Shown here piece by piece: positions 39,539 through 47,976 of a stretch of DNA of 64,000 bases. Below the pieces are notes generated by a model that saw only the letters and a list, made by a program, of their open reading frames with translations, had not been told where the DNA came from and searched no databases. The DNA lies in NCBI GenBank assembly GCA_038867615.1, contig JAWBYA010000003.1:192001-256000 (forward strand), read 5' to 3'. Numbering within the stretch: position 1 is the first letter of the stretch; every line of letters starts with the position of its first letter. Both the position numbers and the translations under genes were made by a program. The DNA is from Sulfolobales archaeon (GTDB lineage Archaea; Thermoproteota; Thermoprotei_A; Sulfolobales; AG1).

Positions 39539-42500
39539 CTAGCTCTTTCTAAGTACTAGGGTCTTGATCTCGTAGGGTTTGAGATGAAGCGAGACGCTCC
39601 CTGCGCTCGAGCTTAGGGGTCTGATCTCCCTCTCTAATAGATCTGATTCAAGTATTTCAAACATACCCCATAGGTCAAGCTTTACAGTTGTCTCTTTACC
39701 CTCAGCCTCATAGATCCTGGCTATTAGGCCGTCTCCCCGCTCCATTTTCTTCAATACCTCAAGAATCGCCGAGCCACCTTCGAGCTTCGCGAAGCTAACA
39801 GTAGGATTCTCTATGCGGGGCTTCGATATTCTGAGCGTTGTTGGAGGGCTCCACAGCTCGTAGGCTATCCTAGTAACACTACCTTCTATGTAGCCCCCTC
39901 TGTGGGGGTATATGTAATATATGGTTTCAAAAGGATCTAGGTCTCCGTAGGGGTTTGGGAAGAGCGATGTTTTTACAAGGGTTAACCCGATCCTATTATC
40001 CTTTGCGCTATACCCATGCTTTGTGAAGGAGATAATAGCGATCCCCATATCTCCGTTTGATATATCAATCCACCTGAGGGCTGGTGCCTCGAACTTAGCG
40101 CTATCCCAGCTATCGGCATGCCTAGATCTCCTCTTTATGATTCCGAAGGGTATTTCGTAGTATACTTCGTTAAATTCGAAGGATGGCTCGATCCATGCTT
40201 TGAGGAGATATCCTCTCGAGCGCCAATGGATCCTAGATCTAATCTCAACCACCCTGGATCCTCTCCTGACACAGATCCTTTGCTCAACAACAGACCCTCT
40301 AGAACCCAACGTGACGCTGGCACAAGAGATCATGGGGCTTGCTATAACCACCCTAGGCTTTTCAGCAATACCTAGCGGTGTGCTCGGTATTTCAAGAGAG
40401 CTCCTCTCTATATCCCATGCGTCCCAATCGCCTGGTTTATCTTGGTGCATCTCAAGCCTATGGGTTTTTATAGCTGTAGATCCTTTCTCTTTATCAAATA
40501 CAGAGAAAGATCCGTCATTATATATCCTCACCTCTAGAGCCTCATTACCTATTACCACCAAGCCGTCTAGCTCTAAGGCATAAGTACCTGCGGCATTTAT
40601 GAGGGGTTCTTGAGGGCTTGTCTGTTCTAATCTCTCAAGGAGTATGTAGCCTAGTGGGGGGATCTCAACCTCGATTAGAGAGGTGTTAACGAGATCCTGT
40701 CCAGGTACGCGATCACCTCCTAGAAGCCTATAGGATCCTCTTGGAAGCTCTACAAAGCTTCTCCTAGTCCACGGGAGATCGTTGAATATAGCTATATAGG
40801 CCCCCACAGGATCTTCAGATCCTGATATTGATGCCAGAGCATTTTTACGAACCCTCTCGCAAGAGGCTATCACATATTCAAGATCGCTGTAAGCTTCTCT
40901 ATAGGCCTCGTAATTAGCCGATCCTGGGAGCACGTCATGGAACTGGGCTGTTAATAGTCTCTCCCAAGCTTCTCTGAGATCCTCGTATGGATATTTAAAC
41001 AAACCGAGAGAATATGCGATCGAGCTCCAGATCTCCGCAGATCTCAGACATGATTCGGCTTTATATACAAGCTCCTTGATCCTATGGTTAGTAGTATACG
41101 TACCCCTATGAATCTCCACATATAGCTCTCCCCTCCATTTGGGAGCCTTTTCCGCTATTGGTTTTATAATTGATAGGTAGCCCTCCTCATCGATAGTATC
41201 TATAATACTGGGAAGCCCGGGGAGGCGTTTTATCCAGGAGATTCTTTCTAGCATGGCTAGGTTTGGTCCTCCTCCCCCGTCTCCCTCGCCATAGGCATGT
41301 ATAGCAGGCCCTAGATCCTTCTGAGCATATCTATCCCAGAGGTTTTTTATCTCCTCCGATGTTGCAGAGCCGTTGTAGGTTAGAATCAATACATGCACAG
41401 GGATCGTTGTCCCATCTACCCCCTCCCATTGGAAAAGATGATATGGGAATCTATTGGTATCGTTCCACATGATCTTATGGGTTACGAAAACCTCTATACC
41501 TGATTTTCTCAGTATCTGTGGTAGCTGGGCTGAGAAGCCGAAGGTGTCTGGAAGCCACCCGATCCTTGCTATCCTTCCAAACCTACTCTCGAAATAAAGC
41601 TGTCCTAGGAGGAATTGCCTTGCAAGGGATTCTCCAGTAACTATATTAGTGTCGCTCTCAACCCACATACCTCCTACCGGTATCCATATGGATCTCGAAA
41701 CATATTCCTTGATCTTCTCCGCTAGATCTTTATTCATCTTCTCCAGCCATGCGTAGTACTGAGCAGAGCTCTGGGCAAAAGTAAACCTATACCCATCATC
41801 AGCCAGTCTGGCTATGTTAGCGAAGGATCTCAGGATTTTTCTCTTGGTCTCACTATAGGGCCAGAGCCAAGCGGCATCTATGTGGCAGTGACCGAGCATT
41901 ATGATCGAGCCTGTTTTTGGGTATTTCTTGGATAACCTTTCAAGCTCCTCTTCAAACACTGCGTAGGTGTGATCAATGATCTTATCTGCATCGCCCAGCA
42001 TAGGATCGTCTATATCGCTATAAACACCACTCATTACCGGGATACCATATACGCTGGCTATATATCTCCTATCCCACCTACTCTCAATAACCCCCTTAAG
42101 ATCTCCTAACAATATCTCGGCAGCGAATGCCTGTGTTATTGATGGCACCAGATCTATTCCCAAGGTGGCCTTCCAAAGAGCATCTAGGAGATCTTTTCTT
42201 AAACTCTTATCAGACACTCTTGCAAGCCTTAAAGCCTCAAGCATCCCTATCCCTAGTGAGAACCCCTTCCAGTTCACGGCAACAGCAACAGCGTGATCGA
42301 AGTGAAGGCTCCACGGGTTTTCGCCGAAAAGACCTCTAGGGCTAGCCTCTATCGATACATGATGCTCGCCGCTAGGGATGTTTGCAATTCTATGTGCGTG
42401 GTCTATACCCTGGTGGATATTGTTATCGATCTTTAGCAATCCACCACCGCTTATAGAGATCTTTAGGAGCCATCTGGTGTTAGGAATATCGCTGAGGCTT

Positions 42501-42679
42501 ACTCTGGTTGAGAAAGTATATGTATCATCCGGGTGAACCCTAGAGATATAGGGGAGCTCTATCTCTATACCTAATTGCTCATAGAACCATCTCTGCATAG
42601 GGATTGCTTTTCTCACACTCAATCCCAGCAGGTCTATTACTCTTCTCCTAATCTCGCTCTCTTTAGGGAGGCTTGTCAT
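39539..42679 (-). CDS. Alpha-mannosidase, glycoside hydrolase family 38
   Basis: GHCHIDAAWLWP, GGMWVESD, GWLPDTFG, GDGGGGP, HRGTYT, QFHDVLPGS. Confidence 0.93.
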   Translation of the reverse strand: MTSLPKESEIRRRVIDLLGLSVRKAIPMQRWFYEQLGIEIELPYISRVHPDDTYTFSTRVSLSDIPNTRWLLKISISGGGLLKIDNNIHQGIDHAHRIANIPSGEHHVSIEASPRGLFGENPWSLHFDHAVAVAVNWKGFSLGIGMLEALRLARVSDKSLRKDLLDALWKATLGIDLVPSITQAFAAEILLGDLKGVIESRWDRRYIASVYGIPVMSGVYSDIDDPMLGDADKIIDHTYAVFEEELERLSKKYPKTGSIIMLGHCHIDAAWLWPYSETKRKILRSFANIARLADDGYRFTFAQSSAQYYAWLEKMNKDLAEKIKEYVSRSIWIPVGGMWVESDTNIVTGESLARQFLLGQLYFESRFGRIARIGWLPDTFGFSAQLPQILRKSGIEVFVTHKIMWNDTNRFPYHLFQWEGVDGTTIPVHVLILTYNGSATSEEIKNLWDRYAQKDLGPAIHAYGEGDGGGGPNLAMLERISWIKRLPGLPSIIDTIDEEGYLSIIKPIAEKAPKWRGELYVEIHRGTYTTNHRIKELVYKAESCLRSAEIWSSIAYSLGLFKYPYEDLREAWERLLTAQFHDVLPGSANYEAYREAYSDLEYVIASCERVRKNALASISGSEDPVGAYIAIFNDLPWTRRSFVELPRGSYRLLGGDRVPGQDLVNTSLIEVEIPPLGYILLERLEQTSPQEPLINAAGTYALELDGLVVIGNEALEVRIYNDGSFSVFDKEKGSTAIKTHRLEMHQDKPGDWDAWDIERSSLEIPSTPLGIAEKPRVVIASPMISCASVTLGSRGSVVEQRICVRRGSRVVEIRSRIHWRSRGYLLKAWIEPSFEFNEVYYEIPFGIIKRRSRHADSWDSAKFEAPALRWIDISNGDMGIAIISFTKHGYSAKDNRIGLTLVKTSLFPNPYGDLDPFETIYYIYPHRGGYIEGSVTRIAYELWSPPTTLRISKPRIENPTVSFAKLEGGSAILEVLKKMERGDGLIARIYEAEGKETTVKLDLWGMFEILESDLLEREIRPLSSSAGSVSLHLKPYEIKTLVLRKS

Positions 42680-42793
42680 CAGTTGGTAATAATTTTAGGG
42701 AATATTATAGGCTTTATGTTATATGTAAAGATCCTGGGGTGAAGGCTCTGTATAATAAATAGGGCTCTATGGTAGAATTCTATGGTGGTTTAG

Positions 42794-43129
42794 ATGGAGT
42801 TCTCAAACTTAGAGAGTGCGGTTAAACAGGAACCTTCCAAAGGGATTAGGCGGTGGATTATGGTTAGTGGTGATAAGACCATGATGGTGTTGATAGAGCT
42901 CGATGAGGGATCTGTTATACCCTTGCATAACCACCATAACGAGCAGACAGGATATGTTCTCAAAGGAAGGATAGAGTTCAGAACACCAAGTGGCACCTAC
43001 ACATTTAGTGAGGGGACAGCATATCTACTAAGATCCAATGAGCCTCACGAGGTGCGCAACCCAGGCCCCGGGAAAGCCGTTGTAATCGAGGTCTTCTCAC
43101 CCCCCAGGGAAGATTTCCTGAAGAGATGA
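42794..43129 (+). CDS. Cupin-domain protein
   Basis: PLHNHHNEQTGYVLKG..SNEPH..VFSPPRED. Confidence 0.9.
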   Translation: MEFSNLESAVKQEPSKGIRRWIMVSGDKTMMVLIELDEGSVIPLHNHHNEQTGYVLKGRIEFRTPSGTYTFSEGTAYLLRSNEPHEVRNPGPGKAVVIEVFSPPREDFLKR

Positions 43130-43209
43130 TCGCATAGATAGAGATCATATCAACGATCTATTAGTATTTCTATATAGTGATCCCGTTTGGACAATCTATG
43201 TCAATAGAT

Positions 43210-43743
43210 TTAAATCGTTTTCCGCTTGACTATCCTGTTGTTAAGCACAACGCTATTAGGTATATAGATCGTCTCTCCATTCTCTGTTATCCCCACTGTA
43301 TACATGAGGCTTATCTCGACAATTGTTAATGGCTCCCAACCTCCTATAACAACCTTTTCACCTATTCTGAAAGGCCTTGTTATAAGTATTGTAAGACCTG
43401 CAATGGCTTGGCCCAGAACCTGTTGAGTTGCTAATCCAACCACGACGCCAAGAAAACCGCCTATAGCCAGCCCGGCCTGAGGGTTGGTTAGGATAGTTGC
43501 TGTTCCTGGTAACAGAACACCTATCCCCAGGATCCTTATAGTACTCCTAATACTTGTGGCTGATATGCTGTCGGAGGCTACCAGGGCTACTCTGTAGGCG
43601 GCTCTTGATAGTAGTTCTACAATAGCATAGCCGCCTGCTATTATTATAGATGCGTCTACAAGGATTCCTATATCCGGCGGTAGGCTTGACGACAATGCCG
43701 TGATCAGGTTTCTAGATATATACCAGATGGCGATCGAGATCAA
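43210..43743 (-). CDS. MscS-family mechanosensitive channel (small form; start may lie further upstream)
   Basis: GLATQQVLGQAIAGLTILITRPFRIGEKV..IPNS. Confidence 0.85.
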   Translation of the reverse strand: MISIAIWYISRNLITALSSSLPPDIGILVDASIIIAGGYAIVELLSRAAYRVALVASDSISATSIRSTIRILGIGVLLPGTATILTNPQAGLAIGGFLGVVVGLATQQVLGQAIAGLTILITRPFRIGEKVVIGGWEPLTIVEISLMYTVGITENGETIYIPNSVVLNNRIVKRKTI

Positions 43744-44292
43744 GATCGTGGCGATAATACCGACAACAAGCCTAGAAACACTCCTACCGCTAAAACAGCC
43801 ACCGAGATAAATAATATAGGATAATTTTTAGGTTAGTTGTGATAAGATCCTTCTGATAGCGGATCATTATCGCTAGAATGTGGGAGAGGCCATCTAGTCA
43901 CTATACCTGGCTATAATATCGACATTTGTAGTTATACATATAGCGTGGAAGACGATCCTCAAACCTCTCTCTACCTATCGTTTAGGGATTCGTTCTTAAG
44001 GCGTTAGAAGTGTGGCGGTGATATTGAACATTATACCGGGTCTTGTTAGGAGCAGGGGGCATAAGCAGGCCTATATTGCTAACAAGGTTCTCGTTTACTC
44101 AGAGTTCCTGACAGGCTTTGTTGGTATATATATGGGTATTGTTAGGTTAGGGAGATGCCCTTGCCCTAGTCGTTATAAGGATCCTTTCAACTATATAGAT
44201 CTCGCATGTGCTTAGCATATGTATTGCAGCAAGTCTATCAGATCAATGATTGGATCTAATTGCTGTGGCAAGACTTGGGGCTTATAAGTGAG

Positions 44293-44381
44293 TGCCGCGG
44301 CCGGGATTTGAACCCGGGTCACGGGCTCGAGAGGCCCGCATACTTTCGGCGCAGGGCTTGTCCGGGCTATACTACCGCGGC
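44293..44381 (-). tRNA. tRNA-Glu(CTC) with ~14-nt non-canonical D-loop intron (about 44345-44358)
   Basis: Reverse complement GCCGCGGTAGTATAGCCCGGACA[AGCCCTGCGCCGAA]AGTATGCGGGCCTCTCGAGCCCGTGACCCGGGTTCAAATCCCGGCCGCGGCA. Confidence 0.92.
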
Positions 44382-44450
44382 TCCCACCTAGAATCAAGTA
44401 GTAGAAGCTTATAGGGTTTTCCAATTAAAAAAGATCCATGGGGATGTGGG

Positions 44451-45026
44451 TTATTTGCTTATCACTCCCAGAGCTCCTACTATGGGTTGTGATATAAAGC
44501 CTATTGACTGACTTATCACTGTTGATGTTGCGAAAAACGCTCCGAAGAGCATTGCTGCGAGGGCTACATTGCCTCTTGATAGCTCCTGCGCTATCGATGG
44601 CGCCTCTACCTTTCCTGCAAGCCTTCTAACTATGAAGCTATATATAGCATTCTGAGCCAGGGTTATGGCGAATATTGCTAGCGGGAGGCCTATGAAGAGC
44701 TGTACAAAGCCTCCAATTAGGGCTTCAAGCCATCCAGCACCGCCTAGAAAGGCCCTTGCTATCCCAGCCGCGCCCTGGCCTATAACATTTGCAACAGCTA
44801 TAAGGATCCCAGCTATATATACTCCAACAGCAGTGTTTCCTTTCCTCAGTTCTTCAAGCTCGTCCAGACCCTTAGTTAGCTTGTTGAGAATGTTGAGCGC
44901 CAGAGTTATGCTGAAAAGGGCTAGGCCAACGCCGACAGCTATCTGTACGATCGCTAGCAGTACGCTTACTATAGCATCGATCCACGCGGCCGTAGTTGGC
45001 TCCCCAAATACTAGATAAACAGGTAT
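44451..45026 (-). CDS. DUF350-like membrane protein (missed by ORF track; start uncertain, no canonical 5' start codon)
   Basis: 205-codon open frame 44451-45065 encoding two repeats ...LDELEELRKGNTAVGVYIAGILIA and IAQELSRGNVALAAMLFG. Confidence 0.75.
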   Translation of the reverse strand: MPVYLVFGEPTTAAWIDAIVSVLLAIVQIAVGVGLALFSITLALNILNKLTKGLDELEELRKGNTAVGVYIAGILIAVANVIGQGAAGIARAFLGGAGWLEALIGGFVQLFIGLPLAIFAITLAQNAIYSFIVRRLAGKVEAPSIAQELSRGNVALAAMLFGAFFATSTVISQSIGFISQPIVGALGVISK

Positions 45027-45108
45027 TTTCCTTATAGGCAGAGATCTGCTTAGTATTTTTCGAAGCTACAGGGCACAAAAGCTGTTGCCAGATATGGAAG
45101 CACGAGAT

Positions 45109-46002
45109 CTATTGCTGCTCAGGTTTTCTCAATATATAGTAATAGGTTATACCGCTCTTCGCCTTAGTGCCTATGATCCCCATACTGATCATTTTATTCA
45201 GCCTTCTATACAGAGTGGTTTTTGGTAAATTAGTGTGGCTCATTATATCTCTGGCTGAGGCTTCTCCCAACTTCTCGATAACCCTTAATATCTCCTTATC
45301 TGTTGAGTCTAGGTATTCAGGGCCTTCACCCTTACGTCTTCTAATCAATATTAGCAGAGAGATAGCCAAACCAGCACCAACTATCACGCCTGCTAGTAAT
45401 AAGGGTGATTCAAATACAGGTGCCGGGGTTGCGGGGGCTATGCTCTGAGTAGCTGTCGTTGTCTGTGTAACTCCTGCTGCAGGTGTCTCTACACTAGGTA
45501 TGGCTCCGGTCGTTATTTGGGCTAATGTGTATTCAAGATCCCATCTAGACCCCTTTGCAAGCCCTATTATAACATATTCACCGAATATACTAAACGATGT
45601 GATGTTGGTTGGTACACTGATTAGCACAATGTTTCTATGAACTCTAATCGTTAGGTTATCAGCCCACTGTGGATATTTTATAGAAGTCCTTATGATTCCC
45701 TCTGAGACATTTATAGATCCTATATAGCTTATATCGATTTTCGAGATACCCCGTGGCTTGAGGATCGCGATAGTGTTATTTGGGAGGGGCTGTATGACAA
45801 CATCTACTGGTGCCACAGAGATAGATCCTGAGATCGGTTGGATCGGTAGGTCTATGGATGTTATCGAATCGCTAGAAGGATCCATATATATTGTTAGGAA
45901 GACATCTATAGTTCCATCACCGCTGATCACTATGAGAACTCTATTAGCCTCTTGGGAATAGACTATTAAGGTAAAGAAGGCTAAGAGCATTAATAGAGAC
46001 AT
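45109..46002 (-). CDS. Membrane-anchored winged-helix regulator (COG2512-like)
   Basis: Signal-like N-terminus, beta-rich ectodomain, Thr/Pro linker, TM helix + RRRK, cytoplasmic wHTH (DKEILRVI...LPKTTLYRRLNKM). Confidence 0.8.
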   Translation of the reverse strand: MSLLMLLAFFTLIVYSQEANRVLIVISGDGTIDVFLTIYMDPSSDSITSIDLPIQPISGSISVAPVDVVIQPLPNNTIAILKPRGISKIDISYIGSINVSEGIIRTSIKYPQWADNLTIRVHRNIVLISVPTNITSFSIFGEYVIIGLAKGSRWDLEYTLAQITTGAIPSVETPAAGVTQTTTATQSIAPATPAPVFESPLLLAGVIVGAGLAISLLILIRRRKGEGPEYLDSTDKEILRVIEKLGEASARDIMSHTNLPKTTLYRRLNKMISMGIIGTKAKSGITYYYILRKPEQQ

Positions 46003-46088
46003 AGCTACCAGCAGGATCCTTTTCAGGTAGTAGCTGAACGCGGCTCACCGCTATTTAGTGACGATAGGCGGGTAAAAACTTGCTTCTC

Positions 46089-47780
46089 CTACCTTCCTCT
46101 CCTTCCACTCTCTTCAAGGATCTTTGATAGATTCTCTATAGCCCTCTCAATCGCATCTATGAGATGCTTGGCCTTCTCGATAGCTGCCTGGGCCTCACTA
46201 TATCTTCCAGCATCTATAAGCATTGTTATATTTGCGATGGTGCTGTTAAGCTCGCCGAACATCCTCTGGATCATATCTATCTGAGCCCTGATCCTCTGAT
46301 CCGTGGTGTTAGAGGCTCTCCTAACCAGCTCTTCAAACTTGTTTCTAAGCTCGGACGCTTTCGTCGATATCTCGCTTAGCTCTTCCCTCAGCTTGTTTGG
46401 ACCTTCTCCGGGTCTTTCTGCTAGTTTTTTGAGCAGCCCTATGTTTCTCTCTATATTCTCTATCATCGCCCTTATCCTATTCATCATCGCTCTAGCATCG
46501 CCAGCTTTTTCCTCCTTTATCAGTTCTGTCACGTTTATTATCAGTTGATGCACCTGCTCAATATCCCTCTTGATCCTTTCTATAAGCTCCCTCACACTCT
46601 GATTCTGGGTCTTTATCGATGTAACCGTGAGGTTATACTCTCTCTCAAGCCTGGCAAGTCTCTCGGCAAGCTCTTCTAGCTCCTCCATCAGTTCTCCCAT
46701 CTCTTCTGGCTTCTTAGCGGTTGTTTTAACAGTCCTCTCGAATAGTTCTTCAGCATCTCTGAAGATCTTGTAAGCCTCTCTGAACATCTTCTCAGCATAG
46801 CCTAGATCTCCTCTAGATAAGGCGTTTTTAGCCTCGTCGATTTTTCTGAGGGTTTCGTTGAGAAGATCCTTGATCTTTGTAAGGGTTTCGTTTGGTACCT
46901 TTACAGTGTTTAGGGTTAGGTTAAATATCCTTACCCGGTTCTCAAGCTCTCTGATTACCATTTCTAGCTTCCCAGCACTTGGGAGATCCTTTCTACTCTC
47001 TAATACAGACTTGGCCTCTCTCACATTGAGAATAGCACGTTCTATCGCCTGAATAGCACTGGGGCTTGCGTTAACACTTACCAGGAGATCCTTAACCCTG
47101 CTTAGAACCTCCTCTGCTATGGATAGCATTTTCAACCCTTCAGACTCATTACCAGGTACTAGTGTTCCTTCCGTGGCAGATGTTCTTACAATAGTAACCA
47201 TCATCTGGATCTTTACGGATGCCTCTTTACCACGTATCTTTACCTCCCACTCCTCAAGATCCCTCATAGATACGCTCCCAGACTTCACCTTAACCTCGAT
47301 CTCTTTAGCAACAGTTGTTAGGTTAAGAGCCATAGAGAGGTTCAAAGCCCTCTGGGCTGCCATTAGGATTGCCCTTTCATACGCACCCTTAGCCTCCGGC
47401 CTCAACTCGATCCCAACCCTAGCTGCTAGGTCTCTCAACGTGTCAACGAGATCGCTGTATAGCTTTTTACAGCTATCGCTATCCATAGAGACTACCTTCT
47501 CGCCTGATAAGTTATATATAATCCTGGCTCTCTCAATAAGCCCCTTATCAAGACTAATGTTTCTCTGGTATGCTACGGCGAGAAGCCTATCTATAGACAT
47601 GTTTGCTAGGAGTATCGCACTAACATAACCCCCAGGGCACTTACTCCCAGCACTAGCTGCAGGAGCTGTTACCGTGGGCGTTACAGTTGCCTGGGCATAG
47701 AGTTGCTTAACCACAACGAGTGGTGAGACTATTATCAGCACTAAAAGCATGATTCCCGCGGCTCTTTTCATGGGATCCAT
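46089..47780 (-). CDS. Secreted long coiled-coil/alpha-helical protein
   Basis: Signal peptide MKRAAGIMLLVLIIVSPLVVV, then E/K/R-rich helical repeats with many N-x-S/T sequons; start moved from 47900. Confidence 0.75.
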   Translation of the reverse strand: MDPMKRAAGIMLLVLIIVSPLVVVKQLYAQATVTPTVTAPAASAGSKCPGGYVSAILLANMSIDRLLAVAYQRNISLDKGLIERARIIYNLSGEKVVSMDSDSCKKLYSDLVDTLRDLAARVGIELRPEAKGAYERAILMAAQRALNLSMALNLTTVAKEIEVKVKSGSVSMRDLEEWEVKIRGKEASVKIQMMVTIVRTSATEGTLVPGNESEGLKMLSIAEEVLSRVKDLLVSVNASPSAIQAIERAILNVREAKSVLESRKDLPSAGKLEMVIRELENRVRIFNLTLNTVKVPNETLTKIKDLLNETLRKIDEAKNALSRGDLGYAEKMFREAYKIFRDAEELFERTVKTTAKKPEEMGELMEELEELAERLARLEREYNLTVTSIKTQNQSVRELIERIKRDIEQVHQLIINVTELIKEEKAGDARAMMNRIRAMIENIERNIGLLKKLAERPGEGPNKLREELSEISTKASELRNKFEELVRRASNTTDQRIRAQIDMIQRMFGELNSTIANITMLIDAGRYSEAQAAIEKAKHLIDAIERAIENLSKILEESGRRGR

Positions 47781-47976
47781 GGTCGTTCTGATCATTTTTC
47801 CCACCATACTCCCTACTAATACTCGGTAGAGAGAGTTGATAAAGGTCACGTAGTTCCCCACGGGAATAGGCTCGGGACAATGTTCTTCCAAATCCCACAT
47901 TCGATGAACCTCATATCCGTACCCTGCAAGCCCTACCGCGATCTAGAGTTGGCAGAGTTGTTGGTATTGGTTGTTG

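Noticed and set aside
44012-44215. 67-aa ORF near tRNA-Glu
   Set aside because: No motif or clear translation signals; cannot be supported
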